A stretch of 63,440 nt of DNA. Origin: Abditibacteriaceae bacterium (GTDB lineage Bacteria > Armatimonadota > Abditibacteriia > Abditibacteriales > Abditibacteriaceae). The notes below the pieces were generated by a model. The model was given only the letters and a program-made list of their open reading frames with translations, searched no databases and was not told the DNA's origin. Below are positions 10,152-19,619 of the stretch, one piece after another (positions within the stretch are counted from its first letter, which is position 1; every line of letters begins with the position of its first letter). The position numbers and the translations under genes are program-made. The DNA lies in contig JANMKN010000032.1 in the NCBI GenBank assembly GCA_031372065.1, forward strand, positions 1-63,440, given 5' to 3'.

Positions 10152-10878
10152 TCGCCGTCCTGATGAATTACGCCCGGTGCAACTCACGCGCGGTTGGGCT
10201 AAACACGCCGAAGGTTCGTGCCTAATCGAAGTGGGCGACACCAAAGTTTTATGCACTGCCACAGTGGATAATGGAGTGCCGCATTTTCTTAAAGGCAGCG
10301 GCACCGGTTGGGTGACCGCCGAATATGGAATGCTGCCGCGCTCGACGGGCACGCGAATGCAACGCGCCGCGACCAAAGGCAAAAACGATGGCCGCACCAT
10401 CGAAATTCAACGCTTAATTGGCCGCAGCCTGCGCGCTGCCATTGACACAAAATTGCTCGGCGAACGCACCGTCACTATTGATTGCGATGTATTGCAAGCC
10501 GATGGCGGCACACGCACAGCGGCTATTACCGGCGCGTGGGTGGCGCTGTGCGAGGCCTTAGCCAAAACCAAACGCGATGGCGCCTTGCGCCAATGGCCCT
10601 TAACCGACCAAGTCGCGGCGGTTTCGGTGGGCATCGTCAACGACAACGAAATTCTCGATTTGCGCTACGCCGAAGATTCAAAAGCCAGTGTGGACATGAA
10701 TGTTGTGATGACTGCCAAAGGTCATCTCATCGAAGTGCAGGCTTCGGGCGAAGGCGCCACCTTTTCGCGCGAAGAATTGGATCATCTTTTGACGCTCGCG
10801 CAAATCGGCATCAGCGAACTGGCGCAGTTACAACAACAAGCCGTCGCCGATATTTATCGGGAGTTAATTAGCCGCTAA
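10138..10878 (+). CDS. rph: Ribonuclease PH
   Basis: [24 protein letters not shown]. Confidence 0.98.
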   Translation: MRPDNRRPDELRPVQLTRGWAKHAEGSCLIEVGDTKVLCTATVDNGVPHFLKGSGTGWVTAEYGMLPRSTGTRMQRAATKGKNDGRTIEIQRLIGRSLRAAIDTKLLGERTVTIDCDVLQADGGTRTAAITGAWVALCEALAKTKRDGALRQWPLTDQVAAVSVGIVNDNEILDLRYAEDSKASVDMNVVMTAKGHLIEVQASGEGATFSREELDHLLTLAQIGISELAQLQQQAVADIYRELISR

Positions 10879-10879
10879 G

Positions 10880-11497
10880 ATGCAACTTCTCCTCGCCACC
10901 ACCAACCCGCATAAAATCCGCGAAATCGAAGATTTGCTGACTGGCAGCGAAGTGACTTTGGTTTCCCTGCGCGATTTTCCTAATGTGGAAATGCCCGACG
11001 AAACGGGCACCACTATCGCCGCAAACGCACGTTTGAAAGCCGTTTATTGCGCCGAAAAAACAGGTTTGCCCTCGTTGTCCGACGATTCTGGCATCGAAGT
11101 GGACTTTTTGAAGGGCGAACCGGGCGTTTACAGTGCCCGCTGGGTCGAAGGCAGTGACGAAGACCGCACTTTAGCCATCCTTTCGCGTTTGGCGTCTGTG
11201 CCAGACGACGCGCGCACCGCACGCTATCGCTGCGTCATTTGCGTGGCCGCACCAAACGGCACGCTTCTCGAAACCGAAGCTACCTGCGAGGGCCGCATTA
11301 ATCACGCGCCGCGCGGCCAAAATGGTTTCGGCTACGACCCGATTTTTGAAATCACCGCCGCCACAGGCACCGCGCCCGCATGGATTGGCAAAACCATCGC
11401 CGAAGCGCCGCCCGAAGTGAAAGCGGGCGTCTCGCACCGCGCCCGTGCCCTGCGAAAAATGCTCGCCACCCTGCGCAATTGCCGCTTTCGACTTTAG
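10880..11497 (+). CDS. rdgB: Non-canonical purine NTP pyrophosphatase
   Basis: ATTNPHK, DDSG, PGVYSAR, GFGYDPIF, SHR. Confidence 0.95.
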   Translation: MQLLLATTNPHKIREIEDLLTGSEVTLVSLRDFPNVEMPDETGTTIAANARLKAVYCAEKTGLPSLSDDSGIEVDFLKGEPGVYSARWVEGSDEDRTLAILSRLASVPDDARTARYRCVICVAAPNGTLLETEATCEGRINHAPRGQNGFGYDPIFEITAATGTAPAWIGKTIAEAPPEVKAGVSHRARALRKMLATLRNCRFRL

Positions 11498-11499
11498 AA

Positions 11500-11688
11500 A
11501 TGGCATCTCCAACTACTGGAGTGCCATCTTCAGGTCAGGGAATGGCATCTTCAGGTCGGGAAATGCCATCTTCAGATGAGAAAATGCCGTCTTCAGATCG
11601 CGGAATGCCGTCTTCAGATCGCGGAATGGCATCTTCAGATGAGAAAATGGCATCTTCAGATGAAGAAATGCCATCTTCAGCACCGAAA
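11500..11688. repeat. 21-bp periodic array, 9 units: conserved ATGSCRTCTTCAG plus 8 variable nt
   Basis: Units start at 11500, 11521, 11542, 11563, 11584, 11605, 11626, 11647, 11668. Confidence 0.95.
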
Positions 11689-11816
11689 AGAGCGCCACAT
11701 CCCCAACAATCGCCCTTATCTTTCCTTCACAAAAACCTACAAACAATAGCGCAGGTTTCCCGTCTTTGCTCGCAGTTGGCCGCCCTGAAGATAAGCGGCT
11801 AAAAGGAGAAAAGAGC

Positions 11817-12299
11817 ATGAAAACCCTGAAAATCAACATCAATCGCTGGATTGCCGCCGGAACTTTGAGCGTTCTGACTTTAGGTGGCGCGCTGGCCTCT
11901 CAACCGGCCCATGCCGGTTCCAGCACATGGAAAAAAGTCGCCATTGGCGCCGCTGCTGTGACGGGCTACGGTTTGCTGAAGGGTAAAGGCAAAGTCGCCA
12001 CCATCGGCGCCATCGCCACTGCCGGGTCTTACTATATGTATGACCGCAGCAAGGACAAAGAAAAGAAGCAAGGCGGCTACGGCGACAGCGCGCAGAACAT
12101 CACTGTCGAAGGCACAGTTGTCAGCGACGGACGCGGCAACGCCTTCACTTTGCGCACCGCCAATGGTCAGCAGTTCTTCGTGCAAGTGCAAGGCGGCGAG
12201 CCTTACGGCCTGAGTTACGGCGACACAGTGCGCGTCTTCGGCGCCACCAACGGCAATCGCTTTTTCGCGAAATCCATGCGCATCTTGAGCAATCGCTAA
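11817..12299 (+). CDS. Secreted/membrane protein with glycine-zipper-like segment and C-terminal OB-fold-like domain
   Basis: AAAGGAG RBS; signal peptide ending PAHA; VEGTVV...GDTVRVFG. Confidence 0.65.
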   Translation: MKTLKININRWIAAGTLSVLTLGGALASQPAHAGSSTWKKVAIGAAAVTGYGLLKGKGKVATIGAIATAGSYYMYDRSKDKEKKQGGYGDSAQNITVEGTVVSDGRGNAFTLRTANGQQFFVQVQGGEPYGLSYGDTVRVFGATNGNRFFAKSMRILSNR

Positions 12300-12320
12300 T
12301 TCGCGGCTGCAAAGCAAAAA

Positions 12321-12349
12321 GCAGAAACCACATTTGGTTTCTGCTTTCT
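12321..12349. terminator. Intrinsic terminator
   Basis: GCAGAAACCA-cat-TTGGTTTCTGC stem followed by TTTCT. Confidence 0.65.
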
Positions 12350-12446
12350 GTTGTGTAAGACCACGAATTAGCGATAATTAATTTTGTTCTCTGGCATGAA
12401 AAATGGTGAAGTAACAGCGTTTTTCTATAGATTAACGGAGTTTTTG

Positions 12447-13379
12447 ATGGCGCAAATTTTGGATTCAATTATCATTGGCGGCGGCCCGGCGGGGCTATCG
12501 GCGGGCGTTTATTTGGGCCGCGCATTGCGCTCAGTGCTAATTTTAGACGCGGGGGAAGGGCGCACCAAATGGAATCAGCGCAACGATAATTATTTAGGTT
12601 TTCCCAATGGCATTCGTTCGGGCGAATTGGTGCGGCGCGGGCGCTTGCAGGCGCAGAAATTTGGCGTCAAATTTCAGAGTGGGCAAGTGCAAAAAATCAC
12701 GCACAAAAATAATATTTTTGAAATCGCGATTGAAAGGAAAAACCTCAAAGCCCGCACGGTGATTTTTGCCACCGGCGTCACCGATGTATGGCCCGCCTTT
12801 GCGAATGCGAAGCGTTATGTGGCGAAGTCGCTGTTTTGGTGCTTGCACTGCGATGGTTTTCGCGTTATCAACAAGCGCAGCGTCGTTTTGGGCAACAGCG
12901 ACGAAGCGGCAACTACGGCTTTGCAATTGCTCGATTTTACGCCGCACGTCGCGTTCGTTTGTGAAAACGCAATTTCGATTTCGCCCGAAAAGCAAGCGCA
13001 ATTGCGCGAAAATAACATCGTTTTGCATCAAAGCCGCATCGCCAAAGTGCGTGGCAAGGCAGGACAATTTGTGGCACTTTATCTGGAAAATGGCGAGTGC
13101 CTCGAACTCGATTATTTGTTCAGCGCGCTGGGACAAGTGCCCAATAGCCAACTCGCTGCCGGACTTGGTGTGGAATTAGGCGAAAGCGGTTGCATTAAGG
13201 TGAATGCCGAAATGCACACCAATATTCCCGGCGTTTTCGCGGCGGGCGATGTGACCAATTTACCGGCGCAGCAAGTCGCTACAGCGGTGCATCAGGGCGC
13301 GCTTGCAGGCGTCAACGCCAACTACTTTTTGCGGCCCGGCCAACAAAAACTCAAAGATGAAGCCGCTAAAGCCATGTAA
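12447..13379 (+). CDS. Thioredoxin-reductase-like NAD(P)/FAD oxidoreductase
   Basis: IIGGGPAG, FATG, CLHCDG, TNIPGVFAAGD. Confidence 0.9.
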   Translation: MAQILDSIIIGGGPAGLSAGVYLGRALRSVLILDAGEGRTKWNQRNDNYLGFPNGIRSGELVRRGRLQAQKFGVKFQSGQVQKITHKNNIFEIAIERKNLKARTVIFATGVTDVWPAFANAKRYVAKSLFWCLHCDGFRVINKRSVVLGNSDEAATTALQLLDFTPHVAFVCENAISISPEKQAQLRENNIVLHQSRIAKVRGKAGQFVALYLENGECLELDYLFSALGQVPNSQLAAGLGVELGESGCIKVNAEMHTNIPGVFAAGDVTNLPAQQVATAVHQGALAGVNANYFLRPGQQKLKDEAAKAM

Positions 13380-13417
13380 AATGAATAGGGCCGCGCTATA
13401 TTCAGTGGCAGCTCACC

Positions 13418-14995
13418 ATGCGCATTTCGTATTGCTTCGGAGAACAATTTGAAGTCTTTGAACGCGCTGTCGAAAGCGTTACCCTCGGACGGCGTCCTCC
13501 CGGCTCGACAAACGGGCCTGACCTCGATTTAAATCCCGATTTCACGGTATCGCGTTCCCACGCCCGTTTGTGGCGCGAAAACGGCAAATATTTCATTGAA
13601 GACACGGGCAGCACACACGGCACGCAAGTGAATGGCGAAGAAATCAAAGGCGCCGGGCCATATCAAATTTTCCCCGATGACCGCGTCCGCATCGGGGAAA
13701 CAATTTTGCAAATCGAAAGCACCGTGCCGGCTTCTGTTTCCACCCGTCGCGCCGCGCAAATTTTGTCGTCCGCCGAAATACAAGGCGAAGTGGGCACAGA
13801 AATGTCCGCCACCCACGATTTATTAAGTAGCGCACCTTCCGAAACGATACGTCGCTTTAGTTTCCTCTTCGATTTGATTTTGCAATGCGGCACCGCCACG
13901 CATCTTGATGAGTTGCTGCAACAAATGATTGAGCAACTTTTGGAAATGATTCCCGACGCCCAGCGTGGCGCGCTTTTATTGAACGGACGCGAAGGGGCTG
14001 GAAACGATGGCGCCTTGCTGCTCAAGGCTTTTAGCTCGGCACAGGGGCCGGTAGTGAGCGAAACATTAGCGCGCCGCGCCATGCAAAAAGGCACCGGTTT
14101 TATCTGGAAACGGCGCGATGACCAAGCCGATAATGGCGCCAGTATTGCCCGTTTTCACATCGAAAGCGCCTTATATGCGCCTTTGATGTGGCAGGGCGAG
14201 CCGCTGGGCGTTTTGTGCGTGGATAATCCCGGCTTGGCGAGCTTTGGCAGCGATGATTTGCGCTTGCTAATGACCGCCGCGCATTTTTTGGCGTTGGCTT
14301 TGGCAAATCAGAATTTGCAGGAAGAATTACGGCGCGAATCGGCTATCAAGGCGAATCTCTTGCGTCAATTCCCACCGCAAATGGCGGAACAGCTTTTGAC
14401 ACACGGCAAACCACAACTGTCGGGCGAACGTAGCGAAGTCACGATTTTATCGTGCGATATTCGCGGTTTTACGCAGTTGACGCAGCATATGCAGCCGATT
14501 GATGTGATGGAAATGTTGAACGATTATTTCAGTCGCCTCACGCCGATTATTTTCGCGCATGGCGGCATGGTAGATAAATATATCGGCGACGCAATTTTAG
14601 CCGTTTTCGGCATCCCTAAAAAAGACCCGGAACAGCATCTAAATTCTTTGCGCGCTGCTTTAGCAATGCAGGAAGAAATGGTGAAATCGAATCGCGCGCG
14701 GGCGGCCAAAGGCCGCGCTATTTGTCAGATTGGCATAGGCGTGCATTCCGGCGAAGTTTTGCACGGCATTATTGGCCCGGCGGAGCAAATTCAAACCACA
14801 GTTATCGGCGATACTGTCAATCGCGCCACGCGCTACGGCGACGCCGCCAAACCCAATGAAATTGTTCTCAGTCCGCAGGTCTATCAATGGGTTTGGAAGG
14901 AAATCGAAGTCGAAGCCACCACCATTGATACCAAACACGAGGGCGTTTTGCCCGGATTTAGGTTGCTGCGTTTGAAAGAAGCGCCAACTTCGTAA
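13418..14995 (+). CDS. FHA-GAF-class III adenylate/guanylate cyclase
   Basis: FHA motifs GR..SRSHA..STHGT; GAF region; CDIRGFT, DKYIGDA, GDTVNRATR. Confidence 0.9.
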   Translation: MRISYCFGEQFEVFERAVESVTLGRRPPGSTNGPDLDLNPDFTVSRSHARLWRENGKYFIEDTGSTHGTQVNGEEIKGAGPYQIFPDDRVRIGETILQIESTVPASVSTRRAAQILSSAEIQGEVGTEMSATHDLLSSAPSETIRRFSFLFDLILQCGTATHLDELLQQMIEQLLEMIPDAQRGALLLNGREGAGNDGALLLKAFSSAQGPVVSETLARRAMQKGTGFIWKRRDDQADNGASIARFHIESALYAPLMWQGEPLGVLCVDNPGLASFGSDDLRLLMTAAHFLALALANQNLQEELRRESAIKANLLRQFPPQMAEQLLTHGKPQLSGERSEVTILSCDIRGFTQLTQHMQPIDVMEMLNDYFSRLTPIIFAHGGMVDKYIGDAILAVFGIPKKDPEQHLNSLRAALAMQEEMVKSNRARAAKGRAICQIGIGVHSGEVLHGIIGPAEQIQTTVIGDTVNRATRYGDAAKPNEIVLSPQVYQWVWKEIEVEATTIDTKHEGVLPGFRLLRLKEAPTS

Positions 14996-15004
14996 ATCGA
15001 AATC

Positions 15005-16612
15005 ATGAGTGAGCCGCAGATTAAACGAAATCCGCCCTCCGATGGCAGCACCATGTCCATTGGTGCGACTAATAGCGCCCTGCCCACTCCGCCGCCGCGT
15101 CCGGCGGGGCAAATTGAAATCGCCGCACCTTTGGAAGAAGGCAGCCGCATCGGGCCTTACGAAGTCCGAGAACATATCGGCGATGGCGGCATGGCGGCGG
15201 TTTACAAGGTGTGGCACACCGGCTTGCATCGTTTTGAAGCCTTGAAAATCCCGCGCTATCAAGCCTCGCGCGGGCCGGAAGCCGATTTTTTGCATCGTTT
15301 GTTAGCCGAAGCGCGCACCGCCGCCAGTTTGCAGCATCCGAACATCGTTGCCATCCATAATGTCAGCGACGAAAAGTCCATTTTGCACTATTTTGCGATG
15401 GAATTCGTGGCTGGCAACGATTTAGCGTCGCTGATTGATAACGGGCCGCTTTCTTTTCACCAGGCATTAGAAATTCTGCGCCAAATCGGTAGCGCTTTGG
15501 ATTACGCGCACGAACATGGCGTGATTCACCGCGACATCAAGCCTGCCAATATTTTGCTGGAACAAACCGAAACCGGGCCACGCGCCCGCGTGGTGGATTT
15601 TGGCATCTCGCGGGCAGGCGAAGAAGATGGCAGCACGCGCCTAACGCGTAGCGGCATGATCGTCGGCACGCCGGAATATATGTCGCCCGAACAATCGGGC
15701 AGCGGCGCACCGGTAGATCGTCGCACTGACATTTACTCTCTTGGCATTGTCGCCTACGAAATGCTGTGCGGACAGCCGCCTTTTGTGGCGGGCGATGGCG
15801 TTAGTCGAATGTCGGTGTTGATGAAACAAATCAACGAAACGCCGCCGCCACTTGACCAATGTCGCCCTGATTTACCGCCTGTCGCAGCGCAAGCCGTCGC
15901 CAAAACTTTAAATAAAAATCCTGACGAGCGTTTTGCTTCGTGCGCCGAATTTTTGGAAGCCTTAGCCGCCGTGCCGCCCTTGGACGAACAACAATCGGCT
16001 GTGCTGGCAAGCGGCCCTGCGCTGCGTCGTCGCACCGTCGCGGCTTTATTCGGCACGCCCACTTTAGCGTCGGGCGACAAAGCGCGCACTTTGAATTTCG
16101 GTGATGAAACGGCGCATTTTATCGCGCCTTTGCCAGTGCAGATCGCGCGCGCCGTGACCAGCCCCGTTTCTTTAATCGCCGCTTTTATCGGCGTGATGTT
16201 GGGGGCGTTCTTCGTGTGGAATATGAGACAGCCGCCAAACGCCACGGCGCTCATAAAGCCCGAAGCAACTCCAATATCCGTAGTGCCCGTAGTTATAAAA
16301 CCGGCCTCAACGCCCACAAAAAAAACGAACCCGACGCCGACTAAGAAAGTCTCCGCGCCGGTTTTCGTAAAGCCCGAAACGACGCCCGCTAAACCCGTGA
16401 CGGCAAAACCCTTGCATAAACCTAAGCCGCGCCTGACAACTCGCAAGTTGATACCAAAGCCGATGACGCGTCGTCTCAGTGCAAGAAAACCAGCAGTTCG
16501 CAAACCTGTGGCGCGTATTAAGCGGCGCAAAACACCAAAACCAGTTTTCAAAAAGCGTGGCGCGCCACGCCGTTCAACTCATTCCAGTGGTGAAGCCGGA
16601 TTGCCACCATGA
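15005..16612 (+). CDS. Membrane-anchored Hanks-type Ser/Thr protein kinase
   Basis: GDGGMAAVY, HRDIKPANI, DFG, GTPEYMSPEQ; TM helix; basic Pro/Thr-rich tail. Confidence 0.95.
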   Translation: MSEPQIKRNPPSDGSTMSIGATNSALPTPPPRPAGQIEIAAPLEEGSRIGPYEVREHIGDGGMAAVYKVWHTGLHRFEALKIPRYQASRGPEADFLHRLLAEARTAASLQHPNIVAIHNVSDEKSILHYFAMEFVAGNDLASLIDNGPLSFHQALEILRQIGSALDYAHEHGVIHRDIKPANILLEQTETGPRARVVDFGISRAGEEDGSTRLTRSGMIVGTPEYMSPEQSGSGAPVDRRTDIYSLGIVAYEMLCGQPPFVAGDGVSRMSVLMKQINETPPPLDQCRPDLPPVAAQAVAKTLNKNPDERFASCAEFLEALAAVPPLDEQQSAVLASGPALRRRTVAALFGTPTLASGDKARTLNFGDETAHFIAPLPVQIARAVTSPVSLIAAFIGVMLGAFFVWNMRQPPNATALIKPEATPISVVPVVIKPASTPTKKTNPTPTKKVSAPVFVKPETTPAKPVTAKPLHKPKPRLTTRKLIPKPMTRRLSARKPAVRKPVARIKRRKTPKPVFKKRGAPRRSTHSSGEAGLPP

Positions 16613-17106
16613 TTAAATCTTTTGGAGCAGAGAAAATGAAATTTTCAGTCCCCTTTCTCGCATTAACAGCCCTGTTCGCCATAGCCAACATCGCACCCGC
16701 CGCCGCGAAAAAATCTGTCAAAAAATACACGGCCAAATCCGCGCCGAAGAAGAGTGCGGCGAAGAAAACTGTCGCGCGTGTTGCGGCTAAGTCAGCACCA
16801 CCGTCCAAAGCCACGCGCCCGACGGGTTATTATTCAGTTGTGGCGCACCAGCGGGCCATTGATTTGACAAAACAGGCCGCCGATGCCTATGGTCGCGGCG
16901 ATTACAACCAAGCCATATCACTCAGCAAAACAGCCAGCGACGCTTATCCGACCTACGCGCGAGCGCAAACGTGGTTGGGCGCGAGTTATCACAAACTGGG
17001 CCGATACGACGAAGCTCGCAGCGCTTATAAATGGGCAATGGCTTTAGCGCCCGGCACCGTAGACGCCGAACGTGCCGAACGCGGCCTTCGTGAAATCGGC
17101 GAATAA
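16609..17106 (+). CDS. Secreted TPR protein with Lys/Ala-rich N-terminus (alternative start 16636)
   Basis: Signal peptide; AQTWLGASYHKLGRYDEARSAY TPR pattern. Confidence 0.8.
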   Translation: MIKSFGAEKMKFSVPFLALTALFAIANIAPAAAKKSVKKYTAKSAPKKSAAKKTVARVAAKSAPPSKATRPTGYYSVVAHQRAIDLTKQAADAYGRGDYNQAISLSKTASDAYPTYARAQTWLGASYHKLGRYDEARSAYKWAMALAPGTVDAERAERGLREIGE

Positions 17107-17117
17107 AAATCCATCTC

Positions 17118-17154
17118 AAAAGCCCGGTCTTGGCAATTCAAGGCCGGGCTTTTT
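17118..17154. terminator. Intrinsic terminator
   Basis: AAAAGCCCGG...CCGGGCTTTTT. Confidence 0.75.
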
Positions 17155-17242
17155 CGTGTGTTCTCGCGGCATAATTTGCAACAAGCGATAAAATTCGCTT
17201 TCCAAACTTTGCGATGAAAACCAATTGCCAAAAAGGTGCGCT

Positions 17243-17935
17243 ATGTTGAATTCCGTCGTTCTGACAGGCATCGGCGCGGTGTTGCCGGCGCAAGGCGCAA
17301 GGCGCATCGAAGACTTCAAACTCGAAGATTACCCCTTGTCGCCGAAGACTTATCTGGATCGCGCCTCGGCCTTGGCGTTGGCCGGAAGCGCCTTAGCTTT
17401 GCGCGATGCAGAAATCGAATGGCCTGTTGAAAATGCCGACGAATTTGGCCTGACTTTGGGCACGCATTTGGGCTGCCTCGATACCATGAAGGTGTTTTGG
17501 GAAGACACAGTTACAAAGGGCGTGCGCCTTGCCAAGCCACTGCTGTTTTCGCATTCTTACATGAATTCGCCGATTTCGTTATGTGCGATTGAATTTGGCT
17601 TAAAAGGTTATCACGCCACCTTTTGCGCCGGACGAAACAGCGGCATCGAAGCGGTGCGCACCGCTTTCGATGCCATTCGTTTGGGCCACGCCGAGGCGAT
17701 GCTTTGCGGCGGCGTCGAAGCCCTTACAACCGCCCGCGAAATTTGTGAACCGGGCAATTTAAGCGAAGCGAGTGTGTTTTTTGTCTTGGAAAACCAAGAG
17801 CGCGCAGGTCAACGTGGACGTTTAGAAATTACCGATGATTGGTTAAATCAAGCCGCGCAAGACAAAAGCATTATCGAACGCTTCGGCGATTGCGGCGGCG
17901 CGACAAACACGCTGGCTTTGCTGCCGGTTTCGTAA
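17243..17935 (+). CDS. Beta-ketoacyl synthase N-terminal-like (chain-length-factor-like) protein
   Basis: VVLTGIG, PLLFSHSYMN, AIEFGLKG, MLCGGVE; usual ACASS Cys position reads GRNSG. Confidence 0.75.
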   Translation: MLNSVVLTGIGAVLPAQGARRIEDFKLEDYPLSPKTYLDRASALALAGSALALRDAEIEWPVENADEFGLTLGTHLGCLDTMKVFWEDTVTKGVRLAKPLLFSHSYMNSPISLCAIEFGLKGYHATFCAGRNSGIEAVRTAFDAIRLGHAEAMLCGGVEALTTAREICEPGNLSEASVFFVLENQERAGQRGRLEITDDWLNQAAQDKSIIERFGDCGGATNTLALLPVS

Positions 17936-18005
17936 AAATAACTCACGCAAAGGACGCACAGCGCGTAGAGAAAAGCGAACACACACCATCGCCCTCTGCG
18001 GCGAA

Positions 18006-19253
18006 TTATTTTTTCTCGGCAATACAATACAAATTTTTGTCGGTGCGAATAAATAAAGCATCATCGGCAACAGCGTAGGACGCTAAAGTGCGCTCTTCGT
18101 CAAACGAATTAGTCGCTAATTTTTTGAATTCCTTGCCGACGGCCAGCACCGTTCCCGTTCCGGTTTCGTTTTGCAGATAGATTTTGCCTTCGGCTGCGAT
18201 GGGCGAAGCCGAATAATTGCCGTCCACTTTTTCCTGCCAGTGAACCGTCCCGGTTCTGGCGTCCCAACAACTGGCTAAACCGGAATCGGCAACGGCGTAA
18301 AGCTCTTCGCCAATCAGCAAAAGCGAGGGCGTCAGCGGCGCGCCTTTGGTGGTGCGCCACGCAATATGCGTTTCAGTCACATCGCCTTGTCCATCGGGAC
18401 GAATAGCCAACAAATCGGCGCGATTAAAGCCGGTGCAAATGAAAAGCAAACCTTGCCCAACAACCGGACGCGGCACCACAGAATAACCGCCTTTGTAACG
18501 CACACGCCAGATTTCGCGGCCTTCTTTCGGGTCAAGCGATAGCACAACGCCGCTACCGGGACTGATAATTTGTGGTTGCCCGTTGACGTTAATCAAAAGC
18601 GGCGTGCAAAACGAAAACTTTTGATTGACATCGGCCTGCCGTGCCACTTTCCAAATTATTTTGCCCGTTGTTTTATCCAGAGCCGCGATAAATGGGTCGC
18701 TCGCGCCATCGGCGCTGTAAACAAGCTTGTCATCTACGATAATCGGTGAACCGCCATTGCCATGCACCGGCTCATAACCGAGGCTGTTATTGCGCCACAA
18801 AATTTCGCCCGCACGATTTAAACAAGCCGTTCCATGATGCCCGAAATGCACATAAATTTTGTCGTTTTCGATAAGCGGCGTTGGGCTGGCCTGACTGTTT
18901 TTACTATGAATCGAAGCGGGCTTGTTTTCGGCTGATGAAAACACTTCTTTGTCCCACAAAATCTTGCCCGTGGTGGCTTCCAAACAAAGCGCGTGCAGCG
19001 ATGGCCCGGCGTCATTGCCCAGCACACTGGTGGTCAGAAAAATTTGCCCTTTGCTCACTGCTGGCGATGCCCAACCCGCGCCAGGAATGGCTTGTTTCCA
19101 GCGCACGTTTTTGGTGGCGGACCACTCTGTCGGCAAATTTTTCGATGCGGAAAGGCCCTGTCCTGTCGGCCCGCGAAATTCCGGCCAATCTTCGGCCTTT
19201 GCTTGCGCGGCGAGTAAAATTGCGAAGGCGCAAAATGCGAATTTACATTTCAT
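18006..19253 (-). CDS. PQQ-binding-like beta-propeller (BamB-like) protein
   Basis: Signal peptide; DWPEFRGP, ASP, repeated TG..W blades. Confidence 0.9.
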   Translation of the reverse strand: MKCKFAFCAFAILLAAQAKAEDWPEFRGPTGQGLSASKNLPTEWSATKNVRWKQAIPGAGWASPAVSKGQIFLTTSVLGNDAGPSLHALCLEATTGKILWDKEVFSSAENKPASIHSKNSQASPTPLIENDKIYVHFGHHGTACLNRAGEILWRNNSLGYEPVHGNGGSPIIVDDKLVYSADGASDPFIAALDKTTGKIIWKVARQADVNQKFSFCTPLLINVNGQPQIISPGSGVVLSLDPKEGREIWRVRYKGGYSVVPRPVVGQGLLFICTGFNRADLLAIRPDGQGDVTETHIAWRTTKGAPLTPSLLLIGEELYAVADSGLASCWDARTGTVHWQEKVDGNYSASPIAAEGKIYLQNETGTGTVLAVGKEFKKLATNSFDEERTLASYAVADDALFIRTDKNLYCIAEKK

Positions 19254-19265
19254 TGCGGCCTTAGA

Positions 19266-19493
19266 CTATCCAATCAAGCGCGCCGCGTCGCGGGCGACGA
19301 TGATTTCTTCGTCGGTGGGAATGACCCAAAGCTGCACGCGCGAATTTTCGGTATGAATTGAGCGTTCAACAGGGCCAGAATTATTTTTCGCTTCGTCCAA
19401 TTGCCCGCCGATGCATTCCAATTCATGGCACACGGCAGCGCGCACGGCAACCGAATTTTCGCCGATGCCACCGGTAAAAGTAATGGTATCCAG
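19266..19493 (-). pseudogene. Orphan duplicated 3' end of acetate kinase
   Basis: Reads [14 protein letters not shown]...[20 protein letters not shown]; in-frame stop upstream at 19515-19517; matches 20872-21100. Confidence 0.9.
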
Positions 19494-19619
19494 GCTGCGC
19501 TCGCCAGCGATGATTCAATCAAGCCCAATACTTAAACTGAAAACTTTACCACCTATTCCTGCTACCAGTGTCTCAACCAGAGCCGATCAGGAACATCATG
19601 CTGACCGCAAAGGAATTTC

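Noticed and set aside
11380..11842. ORFs with 7-aa repeats (11380-11802 + and 11513-11842 -)
   Set aside because: They are by-products of the 21-bp array and overlap real genes
17942..18003. Possible REP-like remnant (CACGCAAAGGACGC)
   Set aside because: The inverted arm is too degenerate to support a call
19274..19528. 84-aa ORF in the ORF track
   Set aside because: Wrong frame; the meaningful frame is the ackA C-terminal fragment ending at 19266
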